A DNA stretch of 62,968 nt, filler included, from Thraustochytrium aureum (lineage: Eukaryota): the NCBI GenBank assembly GCA_012862495.1. It is 4 parts of 4 records of this genome, joined end to end, with 100 filler letters (N's around TTAATTAATTAA, not from the genome) between each part and the next. Parts side by side here need not be neighbours in the genome. Positions count along the whole stretch, not along the records: positions 17,935 to 47,265 come from BLSG01000057.1; 3 more parts are not named here. One strand, written 5' to 3'. Position numbers and translations under genes: made by a program. The first letter of the stretch is position 1, and each line of letters opens with the position of its first letter. Shown here piece by piece: positions 19,377-31,783 of the stretch. The notes beneath the pieces were generated by a model, which saw only the letters and a program-made list of their open reading frames with translations, did no database searches and was not told the DNA's origin.

Positions 19377-22300
19377 TCAAGCGAACCTTGTCTGCCGCGG
19401 CCACAGCGCGGTGGCGCCGCGCACAAGAGCGTGGCGCTCGCCCAGCGCCTGCCGTAAAGATTCGACCTCTCGCTCGCAAGCCGTTGCAGTCAGAGCCTCT
19501 CTGCCCCTGCCCGGTGGCAACAGGCGTCCGACGAACTCGGCCTCAGCGAAACAGCCACAGTCCACCCATCGCCGCCCAAGCAGCGCAAGCGCATAGGTTG
19601 CCTCTGCAGAAGGCTTGCCCGCGGCCAGAACCGGGTTTGCTCCTCCATGGCCCGCAAGTACAACAGCTAGCTCAAGCAATGGCGAACGCGAGTGGCGAGC
19701 TCTCTCGTACTCATCGGCGAGCCGGTCTTGCTCTTCGCTGCCGGCCCCCAGAACACGAGCAGCGAGACCCGCGCCAGCGCGAACAACCTCGCCGCAGGGA
19801 CAAGAGCGCTGGACCGACTCTGGAGTCGACGCGACGGCTGCAGCGCACGCCAGCTTGACGTCAAGCGACTGCACCGCCAAGTCGACGAGCTGGTCTGCCA
19901 ACAGCTTGGAAAACGCATTTCCATCAACAATACGCGCGGCAAACCCGCGCGCAACAAGCCCGCGCGCCAAATCGGCGTGGCGCTCCGCTGGCACATGCGC
20001 GACCCACCGCAGCGCCTTGTCGACGAGGCCTGCAGACAAGAGCAGCCAGAACTTCACCTCCGGATCCCGCAGCCGGACGACGACGACGGCAGCCTCCCCA
20101 GCGCAACCAAGCCCGAGCTGGTCACCGCGAACAAGGGCGACTGACAAACACCTTGACGCGACAGTGGCCAGCCGCACCGGGTTGAGCAGCCTCAGCGAGC
20201 TCCGCTCGTGCGCCGGCATCGGAGCTAGAAGCTCGGCGGGCGAGTCTGTCGCGTGCTGCGCGCGCCGCCTCCTTGAAGCGATCGACAAACCACCTGGGAG
20301 GGACTCGGCCGCTTTTGCTTTGAGCCGTTCTGCCGCACCAGCTTCGTGGGCAGCGATAGGGTGGGTCTCGCGCGGCGCTCTCCGCCCCCAGTACAGGGCA
20401 AAGACCGATGTGCAGTTGGCGCGGCACAAGATGAGAAGCGTGCCGTGGAACCACCTGAGGTCCACGACTTGGCTCGGCACGTAGCACGACCCGTGGCGGT
20501 GCAGGGTCGCTCGCCCCACCGCGCCGCTCGCAAGAGTGCTCAGACTCAGGAGGAAAAGCCGGCTTCTGAGCGACTGGCGCTCGCCATACACGAGCGCGCA
20601 TGTCAGCGAGCTCCTCGGGATCCGAGCTGCGGCCCCCTGCGGCGCGGGTTGCTCGGTGTCTTCCCAGCAAGCAATCTCAGGGGTCTCAAACGGCTCGCCA
20701 AGGCCTCGGAGCCGAACAACTCTCGCGCGCGTGCCGTCCAGCATGCACGCCTTGGCCGTCTGGATTGGCTCCCATGCGAAAAACTGTGAGCGGGCTGCGC
20801 AACCTGCATGCCCAACGCCTACGGGCTCCGAAGCCAGGTTCACCAAGTCCTCTTCGTCGTCTTGACTGTCGCTCGAGCTAGACCCTATGCTCCCGGCGCC
20901 ATCGTCGTGGTCTTCATGGCTCGGCAGCTCGGCTTCCGTTCTCGCGTCTGGCGCGCCAACGAGGAAGGCGCCGGCAACGCCAGACTCCTCCGATGTTGCA
21001 GAGGCAGCGTCAAGCGCCCGGCCAAGCCGGGCTGAGGGACTGGGTCGCGATCGCCCAGATCGCCCAGCGCTTGAGCCCCCAGCGGAACGCGCGCTGCTCG
21101 CAGCGCTGGACAAAGAGAAGCGTTTTCTGCGCAACCCAGCTCGCGGGGTGGCGCAAGACGCTTCGCCACGCACTGGATCGTTCTGGGATGGCCCGGCCAA
21201 CACCGCTCCCATCGCCGCCATTCGCGACTCGACGGCGTCAAGCGCGCTCCCGGTTGGGCTGGGCGAAACCGCGAGCGCCTGATGGTCGACCGCAAAGCAT
21301 GCACCAAAGGAAACCAGGAGGAGCGGGCCGCCTCCGTAAATTCCCAGCGGTTCACAGGCGCAAACGGCAGCCTGGTCCTCCGAGCGCCCGACCAGCCTTG
21401 CCCCCTCGAACGCGTACTCCCTGACGACGATTTTCGGCGGGCCAACGACGGCAGCGGCAACTGCAGAGGCGGCGCCTTCCTGAATGACATCCGCCGCGCC
21501 AGCGCCTCCAGCAGACAGGCGACGGATGCCAGAACTCGCGATAAACGAGGCTACCCTCTTCCGAGTTCGAAACGATCTGCTTTTGGACAACCCAGACCCG
21601 TTCCCGCTTGGCTGCGGAGACGTGACAGTGTGGCGTCGCCCGAATTCGCCGTCGCCCAGCCCCACTGCCGCCTGGAAGGTAGCTGGCTGCCCTATGAGCA
21701 ATCGAGCTACGAAGGCAGAATCCGTCGCTTCATCGCTTGCCAAGCCTCCTTCGCGTCGTTCGCGCCTGGCCTCGTCCACCAGCGGGGCAGCCCACGCCCA
21801 GCTCGCGCATGTCCCAACGCCCTGGTCGACCACACGCGCGACCAGGAGAGAGTGCGCCCCGCGCTGCGGGCCCTCCCAGCCAGCCGAGCCAGCCGGAGCC
21901 CGATCAGGGCCACAGTCGCCTTGCTGTGTCGCTCGTGGGTCGATGGAGACCTGCAAGACCTGGAACCTCGCTACTCGCGGCCACACGGCCACCACCAGGG
22001 CAAGCGCGCCGTGTGGGGCGCTCCGCGCTTGCAAGTGAACTGGGCCGGGCCAGTCGCCGACATGAGCGGGGCGGTCGTCCTCTGGCAGCCCATGCCAGGG
22101 GTCAAGCAAGCCCAAGTCTATCGCTCGGGCGCTGGGGCTGGCAGACGTTCCGTTTTTCGGCAATTCGAGCTCGTCCACGATGAGTCGCTGGTCACGAACT
22201 CGCACAAGGGCAAGGCCAGCATCACCGAGCCAAACAGACTGCGGCCGCGGCGCGTCCAGAATTCGAACAACAACAACGCCGTGGAACGTTGCAACAGCGA

Positions 22301-23748
22301 CGAGGTCGTGCCGCGTTGGGTGCCCGATGAGACTCCAGACGTGCGACAAGGCAGGGCCGCTCTCGAAGACAGTATCCTGGCTCGAAAACACGCGAGCAAC
22401 GACCTCGAGCTGGATCAGCGCGTCACCGCTTGTATCGCGCTGTTCTTCGCGCTTGGCGCCGGTTCGCCGCGCCGCGAGCTCCGCGGAGTAGTTGGATGCG
22501 ATTGATATAGGGGTGAATGCGCTCAGCTGGCCGTCCTCTTTGCACCCCAGAAAGCATTCTGATGGCAGGCTGGATGCCAAAGGGGCGTACTGGAACGAAT
22601 GAAGGGCGTCCTGCAGCTCCCAAGACGCGCCAAGGAGAAACAGCACCGGCGCGGCGGAGCCTGGGCCATCCACCTGCCCTGGCCCGACCGGACCAAATGA
22701 GGGAAGCGCGTCGTGAAGGTCGCTCCTGTGCGCGGCTACATCCCACACCGCGACGGTGCCGTCCACGCCGGTCGATACAAGCCTGCACCGGTCTCTACAA
22801 TAGCGGAGGGCAGCCACTCCGTTTGCGTGTACCACGTCATTCTTCGCAGCGACAGTGAGCCGCCCAGTTCCATCCAAGCACATCTGATGCGTGCCGTCCA
22901 AGAACGTGACCTTGCTCGTGTGCCTGAGCGAACCTGCGGACGCGAGCGGCGAGGACTGATCCCGACTGTCCTCCCCGCCGTGTTGCTCTCGGGCTGCTTT
23001 CCCCGGGACAACGCGTTCGGTCCTTACATGCCATAGGACGAGTCCGCCGCGTGCGCACCCTGTTGCAAAGACAGCATTCGCGGCGTCGCCCAGATTGCTC
23101 GAAATCGCCTCCATCCGCACCACGGCGGCGCTGTGCATTCGCGGCAAAACAAGAACGACCGTACTGTCGCGAAGGCTCCAGATCCGTACGTTTCCGTCGG
23201 TGCACCCAAGGGCGACGAGGCCGTCGCCCACTGCGGCGCCGCCAGAGCACACGGCCACCCCGTTGAGAGCGCCTGTCGCGTGGGCGCGCTGCTCCCACGT
23301 ATCGCAGTCAAATGAGCTGATTCCATACTCTGAGGCAGCGACGAGAGACTCGCCTTGCCCCCCGCGGTGCGCCACGAAAAATAGGGCGACCAATCGGCCG
23401 AGCCGCAGCGCGCTCGCTTCACCGCTCGGCGTGCCGACCGGCGGCTGATGGACGGCTTCTTGGCGTTCAAAGTCAAACACGGTCACGGTGCCTTGGGTGC
23501 CGCTCCGCAGCCGGCTGCAGCTGAGGCGACCCAGTTTCGGGAGCCGCCAGCGCGACTAGGCTGGACTGCATCATTTCGCGGCGGCGCCGACTGAGCTGAG
23601 CCGCTCCCCGCTTTGCTGCGATCCCCCTCACGCCAAGCCTCGCGGCGGCGCCGAGTTCGGCGAGGTCGAGTGCCGAGGCAGCGCTCGCAGATTTAAAAAT
23701 GACTCGCCCAGCACAGTTTCTGCCCGGGTCTGCCTCGACCGTCGCCAT
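19377..23748 (-). CDS. Large WD40 beta-propeller + solenoid coat protein, TTRAY1/TWD40-1 (TSET/TPLATE complex)-like; frameshift(s) near 23500-23560
   Basis: 1369-aa ORF: VALGCTDGNVRIWS, LVSTGVDGTVAVWD, HPTRHDLVAVATFHGVVV, ALRWVAHVPAERHADLARGLVARGF, DLAVQSLDVKLA; upstream ATG at 23748. Confidence 0.7.
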
Positions 23749-23842
23749 TTCGGGAGTCGCGGTTCAAGCCGCCTTTCCCCTGCTTCTCCCACCTGATCGT
23801 CCGGCCGGGCGGCCGCAAGTCCACGCTCAAGCATGCACAGAG

Positions 23843-23986
23843 CTCCAGGCCAGCAGGAGAGCAAGAGCTCGATCTCCAGTCCAGCAGGAGAGCAAGAGCT
23901 CGATCTCCAGGCCAGCAGGAGAGCAAGAGCCCGATCTCCAGGCCAGCAGGAGAGCAAGAGCTCGATCTCCAGGCCAGCAGGAGAGC
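23843..23986 (+). repeat. 31-bp minisatellite, about 4.6 copies (CTCCAGGCCAGCAGGAGAGCAAGAGCTCGAT)
   Basis: Units start at 23843, 23874, 23905, 23936 and 23967; two single-base variants; no spacers. Confidence 0.95.
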
Positions 23987-24547
23987 GAGCGGCAGATGCA
24001 GCGCGCTCAAGCTTGCGCGGCGAGCATCGAAATCCTCCCGCCGGCCGAACCCCGACGAAGCCCTTGAAAGCAGCGCACCGGACGCCCGCCTCCTCCGGAG
24101 CAACGCGGCCGCGCAGCCACCAGGAAGCGCCAGCGCCAGCCGCGTCGCGCTCTGCGCTGCTGCGCGCTCGCCCAACAACGGGTTCTGCTCGCCCTCCGAC
24201 TGCTCTTCAATCCTCCTAGTAGATCAGAAAAAGTGGGCATTTATTTCATGCCCAGAATTATGAATTAGGAATTGTTCCTCAGGTCCCAGTGAGTTGCTCC
24301 GCCGTTTGGCAGACGAGGAGCAGGCAGACCAGACACGCAACGCGTGCGAGCGAGGTGCGGCGCGCGCGCAAGGGGTCGCCGAGGCCCCTCGGACTGTATC
24401 GTTCTCGCCTGCGGTGGGCCGACGCCGTACGCGCGCGCGCTCCCCGTTGGTTGGGAGTCGCGGGACTGGCCAAGTCGCTTTGGTGGTCGTGACGCACGTT
24501 CCGTGCAGACTCGGCACGCACGCACGCACGGCTTGGCGCCGGCTGCC

Positions 24548-27500
24548 ATGGCGAAACACGCCAAGCGGAAGAAGAAGCGGTGCGCCGCGAACGGGGCCAG
24601 TGGGGCCGGCGTGGCGGCCGCGTTCGCTGGCACGACGACCGGCGCGAAGCGTGGCGTGCACAACGCGTCGCAAAGGATTCTCGACATGGTGACGCCCGAG
24701 TGGCCGACGCTGTTGGCGAACAAACGGTTTCAAGCTGTGGGGGTACTTGACCAGGGGCAGCCCCACGCGCCGGGAGATGCCGCCGAGAGCGGCGGGCTTC
24801 GGTTGGGCATCCCAGCCAACTTGTACGAAGAGATGTGGAAGTTTTACGAAACGCTGGACGACCACGCCAAGCTCGCTGCGCTTGCTGTGCACGACGCTGG
24901 CAAAGTGCGGATGTTGGAGACCGTGACGATCCGGGCGCGCCACGCCATGGCGGATGACCCCCAGACAGCCTTCGAAGGCATGTTTCTTGCCATTCGAGCC
25001 CCGGGCCGCGACGACACGCACCACGCCGCACTCTTCCGGTCGTGGAGATCACTGACGCAGCACAGCGCAGAGTTTTGCCAGGCCAGCCAGGGCACAATCG
25101 TGTCGGAGAGTCGCTTGCTCGCGAACGTGCGCGCGTATGACGCCGAGCAGGCCGCGAGCCGGTCGATCCTGTCCTTGGACCCCGCGGCCGTGCGCTTTGC
25201 GCGCGAAATGCTCGAAGGCGCCGTTGGAGAGGAGATCGGCATGGGTCGCTTGGCGATTACAGACATTCGGACTGGAGACGAGGACGACTACAACGCGATC
25301 ACAGACCCAACCAAGCAACAGACGCGCGCATACGAAAAGCTGCCGAGCAGCCTCTTTTCTGGCAGTATAGCGAGCGCGCTGGCGCTCCACATGCTCCAGA
25401 GCCTCTACGCCAACTGCCACGCCGCGCAACGGGCCAGAGGGCACGAGGTCCAGAGCCTGAACCTGTGCTACACGGCACTGGCCTACCTTCGAGACTCACT
25501 TGCAGACTACGTCGCGACGGAGGAGGCCCAGGCGGCCCTGCCGGAACCAGGCGCGGGGCGCAAGTTCGCGCCTTGGCGACAAGCGAAGATCCGAGCGGGG
25601 CTTTGCTAGAGCTCTTCTCTTCGCCCTTCGAGGAGTGGGCGGGGCCGTCTGACGAGGCACTCGCGATGTGCGCCGCTGACCTGGTCGCGTTCCACTCGCA
25701 GCGCGTCGCAGAGGACTTGATCGACTCCTTGAACCGCGAAGAAACACCCGTGAAAACCAGCAAACGACCTGCTGACGCTGCCTCGCGCAAGGGGTTCCCA
25801 GCAAAGTTCAGGGCCTTGAGCAAGCGCACTGCGCGAGCCGCGAGCGCGCGGACAGCGCATCGACAGCGCACGGCCCGGGAACCGACCCGGCCAACTGCAC
25901 CACAGCGGCGAGTCTGACGCCCATACAGAGGAGGGAGAAACAGGACCCAGCGCCACGGAGCTCACACCAAGCCTCAACCCGGACCCGCTTTTCGAGGTTG
26001 GGCCGCGCGATGCTCCCTCTAACGAACATGACGAAAGCGCAAGCAGCGACGCCTGGAGTACGAGCGGCGGCGAGAATACCCAAGTTGCCGACGTGGCGTC
26101 CGCTTCCGCCGCTGAGACGGCGTCCGCCGCAGGAGCGAACGCGCGCACAGATCCAAGTTCAGAGGCTGTGCCCGTGAGCACGCTTATCGCCATAGAGCGC
26201 GAAATGGCACGGCCGGACGTCGACCTCGGCCAGTGGGAGCAGGTCCCTGCCTACTCGCGGAAAGCCCGGCGTAATTCGCTGCGCCAAACAACCAAACAAG
26301 GGGATGGGGGCGAGACAGCGCCGCCCGGGCAAGCGGGGGGTGTTTTCGGTGCTGCTGGGCTGCAGAAGAGCACGCCAACCTCTGCGCCGCCCTCGTGTGC
26401 AGGCTCCCCTGCCTCGAGCCCTTTCCAAACTCGTATCGCGCCACCGCCATTCTCCATCTCAGACCTCCCGACTGGGGACGAGCGCACAAGAGCTCAGGGC
26501 TCCCGCCAACAGCCCCAGGCCCGCCGACGGCCTCGCAAAGGTCGCACGGACTGGCCACGTCTCCCAACGCGCTCAGCGGTCTTGCCGCACTTCTGGGCGG
26601 AGCAGTCACGAGTTCGGGGTCGTCATCGACGTCACTGTCGTCGCTCACGTCTCGACGGCGCGGGGAGAGCGGGGAGACTCTCTCACTCTCGTCCGCAAAC
26701 TCGAGCTCGACGCTATACGATGACGGCCAGCTCACTCCGAGCTGGCCTTCAAAGATCGCGTTGCTTGCCTCGGAGGCGAGGCGCAGGAAGCTGACGCCGG
26801 ACGGCTCCTATTCGCCACCGTCAACCTTGTCCGCGCTTGCCTCGGCCGCCGCAGAGTCGGGAGTTGAGGACGAGCAGCTGCCTGGCTCTGCGTTGGTCGG
26901 TGCGCCAACACTAGCCGCCAGCTGCTCGTCGCCCGTGCCCGGGTTCCCGGCGGACATGCTGAGGCTGCTGGACCACGACATTGTGGAGATGTCGGCGATG
27001 CTCGAACAGATTGCTGTGCGGCGCCACCCTTGGCAGCTCGCAGTGTCGGAGCGGATCAAGAGCACGGTGGAGTCCATGTTTCCAGGCGCTACGACAACCT
27101 TGTTCGGGAGCTTGGCCACAGGACTAGCAGCGCCTTGCAGCGACGTGGACATGGTGGTGCAAAACCTCTCTCAGCCAGGGCGCACGGCGATGCGAGCTTT
27201 GGCGGAGCGGCTGAAGCAAGCGTCGTGGGTGCAAATGATCCAGTCTGTCGAGCACGCGGCAGTGCCTGTGATCAGACTCTGCACGGCGCAGATCCCCATC
27301 TCTTTCGGGAACCAGGGGAGCCTTATTAACGTGGACATTACTTTTGACGCCGCTGCGCACCGGGGCCTGCGCACAGCGTCTCTCGTAAAGGCCCTCCTTG
27401 CAGAGTATCCGCCGCTCAAGCCGCTGGCTCTGGTCCTCAAGCAGTTTCTTGTCGAAAAGGGCTTGAACGACCCGTTCGTCGGAGGCCTCTCCTCCTACGG

Positions 27501-28147
27501 GCTCGTCATCATGATCACCGCCATCCTGCAGCGGCACCTTCCGCCGCCTCCGGGCAAGCCCGCGCCGTGCCTCGGATCGCTGCTCGTGCTCTTCCTGCAA
27601 GAGTACGCGCAACCTTCGTTCGCAGAGCGGGGCGTGTATATATTCAGGCCGGGCGTGGAATCCATGGAGCAGCGCGCGGCCGCCAAACTAGAGTACGCGA
27701 ACGTGCTCACCGCCGCGCGCCCGGCGATGGCGCCATTGTACATAGTCGATCCGCTCGACGTCACCAACAACGTGGGCCGCACCTGCTTTGGCATCCACCA
27801 AGTGGTGCACGCTTTCTCGGAGGCGCTTGAGGCTATCCAGCTCACCGCGGTGCGCTCGGGCCACCGGGTTTCTCCCCCAGAGGACTGGAGCATCCTTGGA
27901 AGCGTGTTCTCAACGGGCCACCACAGGCACGTGGTTCAACTCGTCACGCAAGTGTGGTGTCCGCGAGAGAACCCGGTCTCTATCAAGCCGGCCATGGACA
28001 TCCGCGAGTGGGCCATCACTGCAAAGTCTGTGCTGGAAACCTTGGAGCACAAAGGGCAGGGTGTGTCCGTGGTGCTCGCAAGCGCCGCACGCGACCGCGT
28101 GCACGCTCAAGTCCCTCCTCGTCACGTTTCCCGGGTTGGGGGTGTGA
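24548..28147 (+). CDS. TRF4/TENT4/Cid-family non-canonical poly(A)/terminal nucleotidyltransferase with long N-terminal region; several frameshifts
   Basis: LFGSLATGLAAPCSDVDMVV (GS-x10-DxD), VPVIRL, NVDITF, LNDPFVGGLSSYGL, LYIVDPLDVTNNVGR; pieces in ORFs 24344-25609, 25465-25917, 26093-26794, 26395-28368 and 27788-28147. Confidence 0.82.
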
Positions 28148-28426
28148 CGCACGGGTGGCGTATTACGGTGCCTGGAAAGCGCGCGCGGCGCAAGCACGCA
28201 GGCAGGCAGAAACAAACACAGGCTGCCGCCGGAGCTGCTTCCAAGTGCAGCGGCGGAGGGGAGCGGCTGGCCGTCAGCCCGCGTGCCAGGCGCCCCAGAC
28301 TTTTCCGTGCTTGGTCTCCCTCGCACACAACAGCACATAGTAAGCTAAGGACAGGGTTTGATTACTGACCGCCTCCGCTCCGCCGGCGCAGCAAGCGTTG
28401 CACATGCGGCCAGGCGGCAGGGGCGG

Positions 28427-28899
28427 CTACTCGTCCACCGAGCCCGTCAAGCACGGCGGCACGTCACTAATAATGCCAGCCTTAAGCAGGCTACCTTCCA
28501 GGTCCTTGGTCGTCAGCTTGGGCTTCTTGGCCTCGCCGTCTTCCGAGCGAGCACCCGGCTTGCGCTTCTCCGCTTTCTGCCTCCCGTACGCCCTGGCGCG
28601 CGTCTCAGTAACCACGTCGCACGCAAACCTCTGCGCAGCCAGCGCGACAATCCTCACCAGCTCCGGGTCCGCCATGACGCATCCCGCCTTATGCAGATGA
28701 TACTCCACCACGGACGCGGGTATCTGCGCTCGCCGCCGCAGCGCGTCAGCCGCTAGCACATGGCACGCGCGCCATGCGAGACAAGCGCCCCCCAAGAACT
28801 AACCTAACGCACCAGCGGCTCGTACTCCCTGGCGGCCTTCAGCAGGTCCTTCACCTTCGTGCCCGGTGCCCCCGACAGCGTCCCGTCGGCAGACGCCAT
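28427..28899 (-). CDS. TAF10: TFIID/SAGA subunit TAF10 (exons 28899-28813 and 28723-28427)
   Basis: Spliced EYEPL|IPASVVEYHLHKAGCVMADPELVRIVALAAQRF...LTTKDLEGSL; 89-nt intron 28724-28812 with GTGCGT donor, GCTGAC branch and CAG acceptor. Confidence 0.88.
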
Positions 28900-29081
28900 C
28901 CTCGCGAGCCAGGCACTCTGTTCAATGCTGTCCTGCCCGCCATCGCAATACTCCAGCGCCAAAGAACAAAAGGAACAATAAATTCCAACCCCCAAAAAGG
29001 GACGACGACATAACATACTGGGGCTGGTCAGGCCTGGCGCACATGGGGATCTCGGTCGTCACGCGCGGCGCATCACCGCTG

Positions 29082-29118
29082 CCATTGGCGGACATTGGCA
29101 GACATTGGCAGACATTGC
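29082..29118 (-). promoter_or_regulatory. 10-bp tandem repeat (GACATTGGCA) giving phased CCAAT boxes upstream of TAF10
   Basis: ccattggcg-gacattggca-gacattggca-gacattgc; three GCCAATG on the minus strand, about 190 bp upstream of the TAF10 ATG. Confidence 0.45.
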
Positions 29119-29886
29119 GTCTGCGCACACGCCAGAATCCATGTCAACGTCCAGCCAGGCGAGATGCTGGTCCAGGCCGGGCCAGATTCTGGTCCAGCCC
29201 GCCCAAATGTTCTGCAGGGCTAGGCCCCGAACGCCTGGCGCGCTTTGCTCTCGGCGCGGCATGCTTTTGGCGCAGAGAGGCGCGCATGGGCTTTGTCCAA
29301 GTCGTCGAGGAGGTCGTGCAACGCGACTAACAGTTGACCTTTCGCTTCTCCCACTGATGGCACTCGTGCACGTGAGTACCGGTATGTCCTGTTCCACGCG
29401 CGCTGCAAGCCCATCACTGGCAGGCGTACTCTACCTACATCGCGAGCACGTACCTACGCAAGCGCTGGCATGGTTGACAATGCAGGAGGGCGCCGCGCCC
29501 ACCAGCTTGGCCACGAAAGATATTTTCTTGAAAATCAAATTGCAGGTGCGAGGCAGTGCCCCAGCATCTGCACGACCTGCATGNNNNNNNNNNNNNNNNN
29601 NNNNNNNNNNNNNNNNNNNNNNNNNNNNNNNNNNNNNNNNNNNNNNNNNNNNNNNNNNNNNNNNNNNNNNNNNNNNNNNNNNNNNNNNNNNNNNNNNNNN
29701 NNNNNNNNNNNNNNNNNNNNNNNNNNNNNNNNNNNNNNNNNNNNNNNNNNNNNNNNNNNNNNNNNNNNNNNNNNNNNNNNNNNNNNNNNNNNNNNNNNNN
29801 NNNNNNNNNNNNNNNNNNNNNNNNNNNNNNNNNNNNNNNNNNNNNNNNNNNNNNNNNNNNNNNNNNNNNNNNNNNNNNNNNNNNNN

Positions 29887-30949
29887 AAGCTCCGGGACCT
29901 CCTGAAACAATCCGGGGTGAGCCTCCCGGAGGCCCAAGCAGCCGAGTATGGCCCGCTTGGCGCGGAAAAGTACCTGCACGAGCATCCCTCCATCGCCGAG
30001 TGCTTCAAGACCTTGCAGATAACGTCAACGTCTGCACTTTACAAGTGGCGAGAAAAGCTTGGAAACTCCCGCAAGCACGTGATCTCCGGGAGGCCATCCG
30101 CCAACGACGCGGAAACCATGAAGGCGCGACTTGCATGGGCAACCTTTCTCACCAAGACATTGGAAAATCCAAAGTCTTACGTCGTCTTCCAGTGCGAGGC
30201 TCCCCTCTACGTCAGCAACAACAGGCGATCAACCCGATTTGGGTACGCTCCGCGAGGAGCTCGAGCAGTTCGAAGGGCGCCTGCAAGACGCCTGGTGAAT
30301 TACACTGCGCAGGTTTCCCTGGCCGTCGACCCATCAGCGGGAATCTTGAGTTGGAGTATCCATGTTCCAGAGACGTCAACTTTCCCGAGACTGATGGGAC
30401 CAAGGAGGGAGGCCGAAGAGAAAGTCGCGCTGCAATCCAAACTCTCCAGTCGAACGATTCGTTGGCGCTATGGACAAGCTCTTCGCGACTTTGCGCGAGC
30501 CCAAATTGTTGGAGAAAGCAAAAGGCCAGGACGTCCTGCTGGTTAACAGCCTCCACCCCTCGCACGTGGAAGACGCGATGGCCGCATTGAGCAAACTGGA
30601 GTCCTTCACGTTGTACAAACGAGCTCTCGAGTCTGCCGGCGGCTCGTTGGACTTCTCGCAATGCCCACCCTTTTCGACGCAGCTCAACCTCGCCGAGTAT
30701 TACAACCAAGCTCTGCACGAGATGTCGAAGACATACCTGGGCGACGTCAAACTGCGCCTGGACAAGCCCTCGGATTCGCCTCAAGGCCAAGAGGCCTTGC
30801 TCGTTCTGGACCTCATGTTGCAGGGCATCGAAGCTTCGATACAGCAAGTTCAAGCGAGACACGTCGAGGGCGCGCGCTTTGCGAAACTGTGTGTTTCCTT
30901 GTTCGACTGTATCCGGGGCGAGGGCTACCTCGAGCGCCGCTCAACCTGA
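29887..30949 (+). mobile_element. IS630/Tc1-mariner (DDE_3)-like transposase-derived sequence, catalytically degenerate; 5' part in gap, frameshift near 30470
   Basis: RLAWA...VVFQCEAPL...RFGYAPRGARA (cf. VFxDE...YGYAPRG) and PPFSTQLNLAE (cf. PPYSPELNPIE); no TIRs visible. Confidence 0.68.
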
Positions 30950-31783
30950 ATTCTGATCGCATGCGGCGCCCACAAGACCGCGGCCACTCGATCTATAAAC
31001 AAAATCTCACAGACAAATCAAATCTCAGCTNNNNNNNNNNNNNNNNNNNNNNNNNNNNNNNNNNNNNNNNNNNNNNNNNNNNNNNNNNNNNNNNNNNNNN
31101 NNNNNNNNNNNNNNNNNNNNNNNNNNNNNNNNNNNNNNNNNNNNNNNNNNNNNNNNNNNNNNNNNNNNNNNNNNNNNNNNNNNNNNNNGGCCGAGTGGCC
31201 TCTAATGCTCGGCTCCAAGCCCTCAACGACTGTGCTGGCCACGCAGAGCAAAGCGTGCGGCGAGCGGCGTTGACGCCTTTGTTCGGACGGCCCGCGAAAG
31301 GATGCGATGTCGAGTTAAAAAAGAGTACCGGTGCTCTTCTCTTTTCCTGAGTAGAGTAGGCCGAGTACCTTCGCAGACCCTTCTACGTTGCCGTCCAGCG
31401 CGCGGACCAAGGCGTCCCCATCAATGAGCCAGCCAGGCAGACAGGCCCACTGCCAGCTGCGCGAGGCACGATCATCATCGTGTTCGTTCGTTCTCCTTGT
31501 GAACGCTCGTCGTTCGTCGCCCGTTGTGCTCTTGGACGCGCAGGACACCTCCTGGCGAGTCTCCGGACTCGGGCCTCGGGCGAGCATTCCTGGTACGTAA
31601 GGACGATAGAACGGAGGAGGGCGCCCCCGAAAACGCGAGGCGCCCAACCCGGAGTGGGGAGGAGCTGCCAGGGCTCCCTGGACCGGCCGCGGGTTGGACT
31701 AGGGCTCCGAGCTCCCGCCAGCTTGGTGAGATTCCGTCGAGTCTCGGGACGCTCGCGCGCTCGCTCTCCTGGCGCACCCCGCA

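Noticed and set aside
23843..23986. 31-bp repeats as a CRISPR array
   Set aside because: Units are head-to-tail with no unique spacers; no cas genes; eukaryotic context.
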